The notes below the pieces were generated by a model. It was not told the DNA's origin. It did not search any database and worked only from the letters and a program-made list of their open reading frames with translations. Made by a program: the position numbers and the translations under genes. From a virus, in IMG/VR virus record IMGVR_UViG_3300012359_000002, positions 11,451 through 75,450 of that record: a stretch of 64,000 nt of DNA. The stretch is one strand, 5' to 3'. Below are positions 29,931-40,673 of this stretch, one piece after another; the stretch's first letter is position 1, and every line of letters begins with the position of its first letter.

Positions 29931-31346
29931 GGCTTCCTCTTGAGCTGCACGAGCACGCGCCGGTTGTCGCGGCCGAGCTTGCAGTCACCGGAGCGGCAGA
30001 AGTCGTCGAAGGCGCGGCGCAGCTTGAAACGGTGCTCTTTCCCGGCGGCCGAATGTTTCGGCTCGGGAAGGAGCTGTCGGTTCTTGCACTCCTGCAGCGA
30101 GATCGTCGCGCCGTTGCCGCCGAGAAACGGGCAGAAGAAACGATCCTGCGCGTGCTCGGCGAGGAAGAGCGCTACAGCCGAGGGCGGCACACCGGGCACG
30201 GCGGGTTCTCGGTCACCGACGACCCGGAGACGAACAGGGTCACGATCGCCCGCGGGTGCCCCTTCGCGAGCGCCACCGTCTTTGCTTCGTTGAACGTGCG
30301 CGCGCATGCGAGTGGGCGATCTCCGGGGTTCAGCGAAGTGTAGACGAGGTGGTGGATGAAGCTCTTCACGGCGACCTCCGCGCAGCACGGCGGGCTTTCC
30401 AGGCGCGGATGTTGTGCGTGATCCGGGCCCATCGCGTCTTCATCCGATCGCGGAGGTTCGCCCACCGCCCGCGCGGCGTCTGCTTCCCGACGACCATGAA
30501 CTTCTGCGCGTAGAAGTCGGCGGCGGCGACGGTGTCCTGCACCGCTCGGTAGAACCTACGCGTGCGCTGGTCGAACACCTGCTGCGCATCGGGGCCCGTC
30601 GCGCCAGCGGCGAGTACCGTCAGCATGAGATCGCAGGAGGCGAGGAGCAGGACGGTCTCCTTGCGGACCTTCGCCATCAGCTCGTGCGCCTCGGAGACGC
30701 GCGCCTTCATTTCACGCTCGGCGGGGGTGAGATCCTTCTTCACTGCAGCCAAATTTCGCTTCATTGTAAGCCTCACTTGAGAAACGAGAGATCAACGTGA
30801 ACAAGTTCGTACTTGCCGGCACACTGACACAGCGCGTTGCAGTGCTTCGTGCAGTTGCCACCGTCGCACCGAACGTCACGACGGCAAAACGAGCCGCTCG
30901 CGGCGCTGCAGTACGTGTTGGTGCCTTTGAAATCGACAAGGTGGCGCTCACGGACGCGGCGGCGGTAAGCGTGAGCGTCGCGCTCGGCTGGCGTTCCGAA
31001 GAGCACGCGGAGTAACGCGCTGTAGATGCTCACTCCCACTCCTCGGTGTGATCGGCGTGCTTCCCGTCGTGTCCCTTCGCGCGCAAACAGTTGATATGGA
31101 CGGGGGCGCGCGCCGAGAAGCCTCCGAATTCGATCTTGCCGATCTTGATTGGTTGTGACGCCGCCGAGCCCTTCGTGATCTGCCGACCGACTGCGAGGCA
31201 GAGCCTGTTCTCCTCCGGCTTCCACTCGCCGCACCAGTCGATCGGTTCCTTTAAAATCTCCTGCGGGAAGCGGAAGCAGAGCATGACATCGCCGAATCTG
31301 TCATTCGTCTTGGTGAAGAAGCGACACGTCTGACATTCTTCGATTC

Positions 31347-33125
31347 TCATGCTGCGTCTCCCTCTGCAGTTCCGCCGACGATCTTCTCGAAAAGTGAATC
31401 CACGATCTCGTCGTCGCTCATCCCGGAGGCCTGGAGGTCGCCGACCGCGCTCTCGAACGCGGAGTCCTTCTGGAGGTCGGCGACGTCGGGCAGCTTGTCG
31501 AGGAGGATCGACTTCATGTGCTCGTCGACCGTCCCCTCGGCGACGGGGTAGACGATGAGGACGGGGCGCTTCTGCCCGTGACGGGTGAAGCGGCCTTCCC
31601 ACTGCCACAGCTCACGGGCGTTGATCGGGAGCTGCGCGAAGATCGCGAGGTCGGTGTCCTGCAACGAGTGCGACTCGCCCCACGCGTTCCCAGTGCCGAT
31701 CAGGACGCACGGGCCGGGGTGGGCCATGAACGCGTCCTTGATCGCGTCGCGCTCCTTGATCGCGTGCCCGCCGTGGGCCATCCACACCTGCACGCCGGGG
31801 CACCCCTTCGTGATCGCGGTGAGCAGGCGGTCGCAGTCGTTGTGCCGGCCGGTGAAGACGACGACCTTGCCCTGCGCGCCCTCGCCGGCAACGGCGTCCT
31901 TCACGTACTCGACGAGCACGTTGCGCTTGCGGGAGGCGGCCTCGGCAAGGCGGATTTCGACCAGGGCGCGGCGAGCGCCGATCTTCGATGCCTTCGCCAG
32001 CTCCTTCGCGAAGGCGCCGGGCGCGGACTGCTGTGATTTCGTGATGTAGAGAACCTGCCGGCGGCAGGGCGGAAGCTCGCGGCGCGTCACCGACGAGTCG
32101 ACGTGGTGACGAACGAAGGCGAGGCGGCGGTCCAGCTCCTCGGTGTTCGACTTCCCGCTGTTGTCGAGGTTGCCGTGGTTCGTGAGGGTGACGTCGCAGT
32201 AGCGATGGAAGAAGTCCCACGCCTTGCCAAACGATCGCGGGTGCACGAGGTCGAGCTGAGCCCAGAGGTTGCGGCGGCGGTCGGGGAGCGGCGTGGCGGT
32301 TGCGCCCAGTCGGCGGCGGGAATTCGAGCTGAGCCGCGACATGCACGCGGCGATGTTCGTGAGCTGCCGGAACTCGGGGCGCTCCTGGCCGGTTTCCATC
32401 GCGCCGGGGATCTTCGCCCAGCGTTTGTGGTTCTGCCCCTTGTGGATCTCGTCGATCACGAGCGAGGTAATTGGCGTCGAGAGCAGAACGTCGATGAAGT
32501 CAGGGACGGTCTCCCAGCCAACGATGATCGCGCGGGGCGGCGCGCCGGCTTCCATCGCGGTTGCGATCACCTGCGCCGGATCGGGGTCCTTCTTCTTCCG
32601 CTCGGCACTCGGAAACATCATCACCGGCTCGACCGTCGTGTAGCGCTGGAACTCGCGCTGCAGCCCGCGGCGGTTCGACGCCTTCGTCACGAGCACGAGC
32701 GTGCCAGGTCGGAAGAGACCCCAGGTGATGAACGTCAGGCTCTTTCCCGAACCAGTCGGCATGTGAAGGTGCCCGCTCTCGTCGGGGTCGTTCACTAGCT
32801 TCACGACGCCGAGCTTCTGGTAGATCGCCATGAAATCAGGCACCCAGTCGCGAAGCTCACCTTTCGTGGCGGCGACAACGTCGCTCCACTTGATTTTCGT
32901 GTGAGCTTTCGGCGGTGTGACCACAAAGGACACGCCTAATGCTTTTAAAGCGTCCTCAACAATCCACGCGCAATTCAACGACGCGAAGACGAGGTTGCCC
33001 TTTGCAAAAGCACCAGGGATTTCAGCGTGGATCGTACCGGTTTCCGTTCGCGCGCCGAAGAGGCGTGCGCGAACGTCAACAGGCAGATCGAGAGCGAGAG
33101 TGAATTTAAAAACGCTGCGTGCCAA
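31347..33125 (-). CDS. SNF2-like SF2 helicase
   Basis: PTGSGKS, IDEIH, ATATP, QWEGRFTRHGQ. Confidence 0.85.
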   Translation of the reverse strand: MARSVFKFTLALDLPVDVRARLFGARTETGTIHAEIPGAFAKGNLVFASLNCAWIVEDALKALGVSFVVTPPKAHTKIKWSDVVAATKGELRDWVPDFMAIYQKLGVVKLVNDPDESGHLHMPTGSGKSLTFITWGLFRPGTLVLVTKASNRRGLQREFQRYTTVEPVMMFPSAERKKKDPDPAQVIATAMEAGAPPRAIIVGWETVPDFIDVLLSTPITSLVIDEIHKGQNHKRWAKIPGAMETGQERPEFRQLTNIAACMSRLSSNSRRRLGATATPLPDRRRNLWAQLDLVHPRSFGKAWDFFHRYCDVTLTNHGNLDNSGKSNTEELDRRLAFVRHHVDSSVTRRELPPCRRQVLYITKSQQSAPGAFAKELAKASKIGARRALVEIRLAEAASRKRNVLVEYVKDAVAGEGAQGKVVVFTGRHNDCDRLLTAITKGCPGVQVWMAHGGHAIKERDAIKDAFMAHPGPCVLIGTGNAWGESHSLQDTDLAIFAQLPINARELWQWEGRFTRHGQKRPVLIVYPVAEGTVDEHMKSILLDKLPDVADLQKDSAFESAVGDLQASGMSDDEIVDSLFEKIVGGTAEGDAA

Positions 33126-33173
33126 GGTCTTCCCTCCGTGGCGTTGCGAGGAAGGTGCCCTGAAGGACCGGTG

Positions 33174-33188
33174 AAGTCAACTTGACTT
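33174..33188. promoter_or_regulatory. Back-to-back TTGAC -35-like elements forming a palindrome between divergent genes
   Basis: AAGTCAA-C-TTGACTT. Confidence 0.4.
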
Positions 33189-33266
33189 GTTGGGGTGTGA
33201 AGCGGAATGTCTGGCGTTCGCCGGCCGCACCCGGCGCGTTCTAACTGCTGTGAGAGGGAGCCGAGG

Positions 33267-34589
33267 TTGATCACCGAGGCAGACGCACGCGCAGCGCTTC
33301 CACCATCAGGTTTCTTGCGAGACTACGTCGACTACGCGTCGAGTTGCACTGACGCGAACCTCGCGTTTCACATCGCTGGTGGCTTGATTTGCCTTTCGCA
33401 GACGATGCCCGAAACGCTCGGGATCCCACTCGGTGGCATTCCTCTTTACGCCAATCTCTTCGCGCTTTGCGTCGGCCCCAGCACGCGATCGCGTAAGTCT
33501 GCTGCCGTCGGCACCGCAGAGAACATGCTGAAGCGCTCGGAGGTCGCAGCCATCCCCGAGACGCCTGGATCGGCGGAGGGCATGCTGGAGTCGATTCGCA
33601 CGCAGGAGCGCATCCTCTTCACGTACGATGAGTTCGGCGCGTTCCTTGCGCAGACGGAGAAGGGCTACGCGAATCAGATCAAGACGCTCCTGACGCACGC
33701 GTACGACAACAAGCCGCTCGGTCGGGCTCTCGCCAACAAGCAACGCGGCGCGATCGAGAATCCTCGCGTCAGCGTCTTCGGCGGCTCGACGGTCTCGTTC
33801 CTCGAACGACATACCGAGCCGGCAGACTGGATCGGCGGGTTCCTCGCCCGCTTCCTCACCTTCTACACCGACCGCGAGCGCACGAACGAGCTGCAGCCGC
33901 CCGACGGCGTTGGCGGCGAGAAGGTGGTGATGAAGCTGCAGACGCTGGCCGGGCTCGACACGTTCGCCGGCCCCTGCAGTGGTTTCACACCTGCTGCCCG
34001 ATCGCTATGGGTGAAGTGGTACCACGAGAGCGAGAAGCGGGCGGACGACAGCACACACGAGACGGTGGCCGCGATCTACCGTGCCCACGCGATGGCCCAG
34101 AAGATCGCGCTCATGCTCTCCTGGGACCGCGGCGAGGCAAGGACTGGGCTGGAGTGGAAGATCAACGATGAGGAGCTGACGTACGCGATCGGCATCGTGA
34201 ACATGCACATTGAGAGCGTGATCGAGATCGGTCACAAGCTCGCCAGCACGAAAGATCTACGCGATCGCAACTCGGTGCTGGAGTGTATCAACGGTGTACC
34301 GATGACCGAAGGCAAGATCATCACAAGAAGTAAGGTCGGGTTGAAACGGCGCGTTCGTGAGATTCTCGACACACTCGAAACGGAAGAGCTGATCCGTCGC
34401 GTATCGTCACAGGACGGGCACACCAGTTTGTACATGCGCGTGCAAGAACGTAACGGCAACTCCGGCAACGTGGTGCAGCTCTTCAACAACACCGCCAACG
34501 GTTACGACCCCGACGGCGCGTTCTTAGAAAGCGTCGATGATGTTGTGGTTGGCATCACCGACGCTTCTAGTTCTATCGACCTCGAATAA
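33267..34589 (+). CDS. DUF3987-like P-loop protein (primase-associated helicase-like) with C-terminal winged helix
   Basis: NLFALCVGPSTRSRKSAA, SAEGML, DEFG, GGFLARFL. Confidence 0.7.
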   Translation: MITEADARAALPPSGFLRDYVDYASSCTDANLAFHIAGGLICLSQTMPETLGIPLGGIPLYANLFALCVGPSTRSRKSAAVGTAENMLKRSEVAAIPETPGSAEGMLESIRTQERILFTYDEFGAFLAQTEKGYANQIKTLLTHAYDNKPLGRALANKQRGAIENPRVSVFGGSTVSFLERHTEPADWIGGFLARFLTFYTDRERTNELQPPDGVGGEKVVMKLQTLAGLDTFAGPCSGFTPAARSLWVKWYHESEKRADDSTHETVAAIYRAHAMAQKIALMLSWDRGEARTGLEWKINDEELTYAIGIVNMHIESVIEIGHKLASTKDLRDRNSVLECINGVPMTEGKIITRSKVGLKRRVREILDTLETEELIRRVSSQDGHTSLYMRVQERNGNSGNVVQLFNNTANGYDPDGAFLESVDDVVVGITDASSSIDLE

Positions 34590-35409
34590 CTTCGTCACGC
34601 TTGTCCCACCACACGTTAATCCGCGCCTTGTCTTCGCGTTCTTCGTTGGTGAGATCTGGTGTGTTTGACGTGAGCAGGCGCCCGTAGTAGTCGATCGCCT
34701 TTTCGATGTCCGACGTATCAATCGTTGTGACGTATACCGCGATCTTCTCGCGCCACAAAAGTTCTTCGAGGGCGACGCTGTCGTGCTTCTGGTTCAGGAT
34801 CATCCAGAGCGCGGTCTTCTTCCGCTTCTCGTCGCTGCCCGGGTAGACGGGGATGAATAGCGCACCGTCGATCAACCTGCGACCGCCAGGATACGCCCAG
34901 TCGCGCACCTTCTTGAGCGCGGGCACGTCGGTGGGCGCCGTCCACCCAACCATGCGCAGACTTCCGTCGAGCACACGCCAGCGCCCGTCGATCTTCTTCC
35001 ATGTGAAGTCGATCATGTCCGCGACGTTGTAGTTCCGCGCGTTCGACCTCTTGCCGCGTTCGTCGTACGGGTTGAAGGCGCGAATCAGCCGGCGGAGCGC
35101 TTCGACGAGAGGTGCAACCTTGACCTGGCCGAGCCCCAACTGCGGGAGGTCATCGGTCGCACCAGCGTACGCCAGGAAGAGACGCCACGCCTTCTGCAGG
35201 CGATTCTGCGCGTTGTTCGAGAGGCTCTGGTAGTGGTCGAGGACGCGCTCGAAGTTGCGCCACTGCGGCACACCCTTCGTGTCCTCAACAGCCACAAGCA
35301 AAACGCGGATCGATGACACGTACTGACTGCTGCTCTTCGTGTAGGGCACCGAGTGCTTGAACGCCTCAAGTGGGTATCTGGCGGCATTGTTGTGGAACGG
35401 TTTTCGCAT
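34573..35409 (-). CDS. Hypothetical protein
   Basis: 278 aa ORF with AGGAGG SD. Confidence 0.55.
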   Translation of the reverse strand: MRKPFHNNAARYPLEAFKHSVPYTKSSSQYVSSIRVLLVAVEDTKGVPQWRNFERVLDHYQSLSNNAQNRLQKAWRLFLAYAGATDDLPQLGLGQVKVAPLVEALRRLIRAFNPYDERGKRSNARNYNVADMIDFTWKKIDGRWRVLDGSLRMVGWTAPTDVPALKKVRDWAYPGGRRLIDGALFIPVYPGSDEKRKKTALWMILNQKHDSVALEELLWREKIAVYVTTIDTSDIEKAIDYYGRLLTSNTPDLTNEEREDKARINVWWDKRDEVIRGR

Positions 35410-35844
35410 GGGCTGTTTCCTCCTGTTTAGGTGTGTATCGTAGCTGGCTAACCTATCTGAGGCAAGATGGCTGGCGGGCGAAAATGACCGTTAAGGGTTG
35501 TTTTGGGCCGGGGGGAGGGGGGAGGAGGGCCTCCCGCGTACGCGAATAATCCGTTAGCCAGGACATATACCTATACACGCTAGAGCCTAACTATACTACC
35601 TGGCTAATGGATTATTCATGTAAGGAGGTTCTTAATACCTTGCACGGTCGATCCACGATTAGGATCCTAATCGTGACCACGTACCGGTGTCGGATCCGCA
35701 GATGCACGTCTCGACCTCAGTACGTAGGCAACGTGCCCTCAATACGTAGGCAAGTGATTTTAAAGAACGCTCACACGCCCTTTTCCGGGCGTTCGCCTAA
35801 GACGAGCTTGACGCGCGCGATTCCGCCTCTCTAGGGTCCGCACC
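35410..35844. promoter_or_regulatory. Divergent AT-richer intergenic control region; sigma70-like promoter TTGACG-N18-TAGGGT at about 35808-35837
   Basis: Non-coding, lower GC, lies where transcription switches strand. Confidence 0.55.
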
Positions 35845-36204
35845 ATGCCGTCGGGAAGATATGCCACCGAAGTGCAGCCCCGCGTGAACTTCACAATGGA
35901 CCCGGAACTGTTCCGCCGGGTCGTCGCCTACCACAAGGCGATCGACCCGAACCGGCTCGCGAGTGAAACGATGCGCGAGCTTTTGTGGACCGCTGTGAAT
36001 GGTGCGGATCCGACGAGCGGTGTGTTAATCGCCGCGCGGAAGCTCGGGTTTCACCACTCGAAGTCGTATGCACTTTCGCGCATTTCAACGTTCCTGATCG
36101 AGTTGGGACGCGAGATGGCCGGTCTTTCACACGCTGCTGACGCGAACGCATTCAACGAGGCGCAGCTTGCGGTGACCGAAGCTGAGCGCGCGAGGAACAA
36201 GTGA
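35845..36204 (+). CDS. RHH-like regulator
   Basis: PRVNFTMDPELFRRV..ASETMRELL. Confidence 0.5.
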   Translation: MPSGRYATEVQPRVNFTMDPELFRRVVAYHKAIDPNRLASETMRELLWTAVNGADPTSGVLIAARKLGFHHSKSYALSRISTFLIELGREMAGLSHAADANAFNEAQLAVTEAERARNK

Positions 36205-36842
36205 TGAGCGAAGGATTGCAGATTCACAACGACGTGATCAAAGTGTCACCGGCGACACACGATCCCGACGGTCACGCGCTGGAGCCGGAACTCGCGCCAG
36301 CCGTTCGATCGATGATTGTGTCAGCGCCGCTTTCGTTCAACGGCGGTGCAATGGTGACGCCGTCGTTGCCCGGATCGTTCGACTACCAGACGACAGCCGG
36401 TGAGATCGCGTACGCAATGCGATCGCGTTGCGCGACGTGCAAGCACTTCAACGCGCCGCGTTGGCGTCAGCTCCGCCGCGAGTTGGAGTGGTCGGCCGAC
36501 ATGGAGAAGCGCTCCTTCGTGAACGAGGTGCGCGCGTCGATCGAGCAGACCATGCCGGCGCGTGAGCGCGAGAAGTTCGTGGACGAGGCGAATGAGCTGG
36601 AGATCGAGCTGGCCCTCGACGCGTTCGGCCTTTGCGAGGCAATGACCGAGATCTACTCGCGCGAGCACGCCGCCCTCTTCCCTGCGCTGCAGCTTCCCAC
36701 CGGCGGCTGTCCGCAGACGAAGACGCCGCACGGCACGGACCTCTCGAACCTCTACCAGCCGCGCGATCGCGGAGCAGATCGAGCCGCGTCAGGCGCCTTC
36801 GACAAGATCATGGGAATGGCCCGCGGGCGTACACCGGGCTAG
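36201..36842 (+). CDS. Hypothetical Cys-containing protein
   Basis: CATCKHF; overlapping start. Confidence 0.55.
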   Translation: MMSEGLQIHNDVIKVSPATHDPDGHALEPELAPAVRSMIVSAPLSFNGGAMVTPSLPGSFDYQTTAGEIAYAMRSRCATCKHFNAPRWRQLRRELEWSADMEKRSFVNEVRASIEQTMPAREREKFVDEANELEIELALDAFGLCEAMTEIYSREHAALFPALQLPTGGCPQTKTPHGTDLSNLYQPRDRGADRAASGAFDKIMGMARGRTPG

Positions 36843-36884
36843 CCTCTTCACGCGCAGTTCACCAGTCGAAGGAGTGCCCAAAAA

Positions 36885-37553
36885 ATGCGAGAGTTCCTGC
36901 CCGTCGTGCGTCGTCTCTACCTGCTGTGCCTCGTGGTCCTTTTTCTCGTGCCTGCGTCCGCGTTCGCGCAGATCACGCCGATCGACCTCGGACCGATCGT
37001 GAACGCGCTGCCGTTCTCTCTGCAGGTGAAGGCGTCGATTCTCGTCTGCCTCCCGTTCGTGTACGTCGTGCTGATGGGCGCGCGTCGATTCACGTTGCCG
37101 ACGTCGCCGACGGGAAAGCTCGTCCGCTCGATCCTCACCGGATGGAAGCACCCTGACGAGATCACACCTGTGATCGGTGGTGGTACGTTTCAGCAGGCGT
37201 CGAAAGGTTTCATGAAGCTCGGGACGCTCACCCTTCTCGCCGTCGTGATGACCGGCCTCGTCTTCGGCTGTGGCGCGCTGCAGAAGACGACGGTCGCCGG
37301 TAGCGTCTCGGGAAAGTCGGCCGACGTCTCCGTCACCGCCCCCGACGGCTCGACCTACGGGCTGCTCGTTGGCAACCACGAGGCTTGCGTCACCGGTGCA
37401 CCGTTCGTGAAGTTGCCAGGCTCGACGATCGAATGCCAGCCCGCGTGTGGTGCGCTCGTGCTGGGTGGTGCGGTGGTCACCGTCGAGTGCCGTGTGATCG
37501 GAACGACGCAGACGTTCCCGATCCACTTCGCCATCCCGCTCGGGAAGAGCTAA
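36885..37553 (+). CDS. Multi-pass membrane protein
   Basis: Signal peptide plus two hydrophobic helices; Cys-containing beta C-terminus. Confidence 0.55.
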   Translation: MREFLPVVRRLYLLCLVVLFLVPASAFAQITPIDLGPIVNALPFSLQVKASILVCLPFVYVVLMGARRFTLPTSPTGKLVRSILTGWKHPDEITPVIGGGTFQQASKGFMKLGTLTLLAVVMTGLVFGCGALQKTTVAGSVSGKSADVSVTAPDGSTYGLLVGNHEACVTGAPFVKLPGSTIECQPACGALVLGGAVVTVECRVIGTTQTFPIHFAIPLGKS

Positions 37554-38290
37554 GCTCATGGGTGTGTTCGGGAATCCGACCGGCCCGGCGTGGGTTGCGC
37601 TCGCCGCGGCTGGTCTGACGATGGAAGCGATCGAAAAGCTCCGCGCTGCGGTGGACGGACTCGGCGAGCACGCACACCTCGCGCTCACGACGGTCCTCGC
37701 TCACCTCCCGAAGCCGGAGATCACGGCAGAGGACGACCCGGGGAACGGGCCGGGCGGGGGCTGACCGTGACCGTCAACGACGCCGCGCGGGGCGCCGCGT
37801 TGCAGCTGCAGGTCCTCATCATCGCTTGCGTGAGGGAGGAGACCAACCCGCCCGCCCTCCCGTACGCAACCCGAACCCCGGCGGACGTCGCAGCCGAGGT
37901 GCTGGGCAACTGTCTCGCGAACCTGGGGCACGCCATCGCCCGGGAGGCGCGCCACGGGGTCGACCCCGCGCCACCGGCACGGGAGGGCTGAATGGCCGTC
38001 ACGATCGAGAGCGTTCTCCAGGTGGCAATCGGACTCGTGCCGCTGGCGCTCGGCGGTGCGCCACTCTCTATGCTGGAGCTGGCGGCGGTCTCCGGTCTCT
38101 CAGGTCTTCTCTCTCCAGCAGACGTCGAAGCGGCGGCGAAGGAAGCGGCCCGTCTCGTCTTTGGGCTCGCCACGTGGGCCGCGAAACACGGGGGGAAGGC
38201 GACCGGAGGCGATCCTGACATCGGCGGCAACGACCGCGCGCCGTCGACCGGCGACGTCATCCTCCACCCCGAACCAGAAGATGACGACGT

Positions 38291-38767
38291 GTGGTGATCG
38301 CGATGAAACCTATTCGCCCCGTCTTTGAGAAGGTGTGGTCAGGCTCGGTCATGAACATGATCGAGCTGTGGCAAGAGTGGACCGTTCCGGCGAACGTGAT
38401 CGAGATTCAGCAAATCGGTGATCTCTCGATCTACGGCGTCAACGTTGTTCCTGACGAGTTTCACAAGCGTGGAGAACGCAGTATCTTCTCGCTCGACTTA
38501 CGCGTCTGTAACAGTACGCAGTTCATGGCACCGATCGCAATGCTCATGGACGCGCACGTTGCGTGGGAAAAGTTCCTCGCGACGTTCGAGAAGATCTCGC
38601 CGCACGAGCGCACCGATCCAACGAGATTGCGTGCGCCGATCCTTATCGGCCGTCGCGACTACATCCGCGTCAGAATCTGTCGCGCGGACGGCTCGTCGAT
38701 CGACGACGATCTGGTGCCGAAGTTCCAGCTCTGCGTTCGTGCATTTCAGATGCGCGACGTGAGGTGA
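38291..38767 (+). CDS. Beta-rich protein resembling the candidate capsid protein at 45428
   Basis: GDLSIYGVNV / LRAPILIGRRD / RDVR-stop versus GDASVRAIGI / LKLPILVARTD / GDVR-stop. Confidence 0.45.
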   Translation: MVIAMKPIRPVFEKVWSGSVMNMIELWQEWTVPANVIEIQQIGDLSIYGVNVVPDEFHKRGERSIFSLDLRVCNSTQFMAPIAMLMDAHVAWEKFLATFEKISPHERTDPTRLRAPILIGRRDYIRVRICRADGSSIDDDLVPKFQLCVRAFQMRDVR

Positions 38768-39148
38768 TGTGATGCGAAGGTGCACACGAAGCGAGCGGGA
38801 GCTGTTCGAGTCGATTGCCCGTCAGTACAATGGGCCCTCGACGTGCGTGCACTACTTGACGCCCAACGACCCAACGGTTCTGTGCACGCACCTCGCATCG
38901 TACATGCCGATCGTGAAGTTCTTCCCGCCTGGTCACGAGAACGCGTATCTTCCCGCCGCGTTGCTAACCTGGGGCGCTTGTGCCAAGCACAAGAAAGAGC
39001 TGACGCTCGCCGACGTGGACGACGGCGACGCGCAGGGGATCGTCGCGATCGTGAAGCGGATGATTGAGTCGGCCGGCGCGCCGCAGCCCGACCTCGACCG
39101 CACCGAGATCGTCTGGATCGCCCTCCCGCTGCGCAACTGAGGCCGCCC

Positions 39149-39538
39149 GTGCCATTCGAGCTGACACCGACACCACGCTTGTACTTCTTCGTGCAGTCGG
39201 GCTGCGATCACTGTCGCGAAGCAGAGCCGCACGTCCTGCGGCTCGCGCGAGAGCACGCGCTGCGCATCCTCGTGATCACCCTGCACCTCGATCGCAAGGA
39301 GTGGCACGTCCTCGGGTGGCAGCCGAAAGGCACGCCCGGCTACGCCCTGGTCGACGGCACGACGATCGTGCGCAAGACTGAAGGGCTCATGGACTACGGC
39401 GAGCTGGTCTCGTGGATCGAGGGCAAAGCCGTCGAGGGCGCCGCGGAGGAAGAGGAAGAGGAAGAGGAGTCGGAGGAGGAAGAGGTCGAGGAAGACGACG
39501 TCGAGGACGAAGAGGATGAAGAGGAGGAAGTAGCGTGA
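39149..39538 (+). CDS. Thioredoxin/glutaredoxin-fold protein with acidic tail
   Basis: FFVQSGCDHC, GTPGY, poly-Glu C-terminus. Confidence 0.75.
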   Translation: MPFELTPTPRLYFFVQSGCDHCREAEPHVLRLAREHALRILVITLHLDRKEWHVLGWQPKGTPGYALVDGTTIVRKTEGLMDYGELVSWIEGKAVEGAAEEEEEEEESEEEEVEEDDVEDEEDEEEEVA

Positions 39539-39876
39539 TCTTCAGTGGCATGGTGGAGTTGCTGTTCTACACCTTCGCCGCCTTCGGCTTTTGCTGGGGT
39601 GTTGGCGGGTCGACGCTGACGCGACCGGTACGCGAGTCGATCGCGAAGACCGCGCAGAGAACGCGCGACGACGGGCTGAGTTTCGAGCCGTTCGTTCTGT
39701 CAGCTTTGTTGCAGCTCGCCGAATGCCCCGCGTGTCTCGGCTTTTGGACCGGGATCGCCTGCGGTGCGGCGCTGGCAGGTTGGCACTTCAGACTCTCAAT
39801 CATCGCCGTCGGTTTCTATACCGCCGGTGTCAACTACGTGATCGGGCGCCTGACTGGCCTGATCGCAGAGCCGTAA
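39535..39876 (+). CDS. Small membrane protein with CxxC (DUF1360-like)
   Basis: LAECPACLGFWTG between TM segments. Confidence 0.6.
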   Translation: MIFSGMVELLFYTFAAFGFCWGVGGSTLTRPVRESIAKTAQRTRDDGLSFEPFVLSALLQLAECPACLGFWTGIACGAALAGWHFRLSIIAVGFYTAGVNYVIGRLTGLIAEP

Positions 39877-40673
39877 CACCGCAGCACAACCCGTCACGGA
39901 GGTGACACATGGCAGTACGTTCGTTGAAAACGAAGAAGGGAAAGTCGGCAACGTCGAAGGCGACGGCGCGTGAGGTGCTGGAGCGCTACATCAGCGTACT
40001 CGAAGAATTGACACCGGGCGAAATCGACGCAATCAAGTCGACGGTGACGCAACTCACCGAGAAGATCTACCCGCCGCCCACGTTCCACGCACCCGCCACG
40101 TGCCTGAAGCTGGAGCCGATGACCGTCCCGCCGGCCCTCCTGTTCGCGCACGAGGCCGTTACCCTACGCAACCTCGTCGAGGTCGCCGAGAGCGCGAAGC
40201 GCCTGGGCTGGGACGAGATCGTCAGCTACTGCAAGGGCACCGCTGACGCGATCGTCGCGCCGCCCGGCACGGTCAACGAGGCGCCAGTCGAGGTCACCAC
40301 CACGCCAAAGGAGGAGCTGTCGTGAGCACCGAGACCATTCCCGTCACCCTGACGAATCGCCCGAAGACCCGCCTCGGGATCTGCCCCTTCTCGCTCAAGG
40401 TCGAGCCGGTGAGCGCGATCGCGACCGCGGAGGGCAAGGTCGCGGAGCAGAAGATCAACCTCTGCAACTGCGTCGGCGCCGCCTGCCACCTCTGGCAGTT
40501 CGAGGCCGGCACCGACCCGGCGACGGGCGACTGCGCGCTGAACATCGCCGCGCAGGGATCTTCCGCCACCGCCTACCTGCTGAACCGCATGTTCGCCTCC
40601 CAGGCGGCGCAGGCGGGGCAGGCGCAGGGCGAGGCGCCGCAGAACTGACCTTCACGCAAGGAGAACAAACGAA

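Noticed and set aside
34573-35409. Tyrosine integrase
   Set aside because: No convincing R-H-x-x-R-Y catalytic set and no att-like repeats seen
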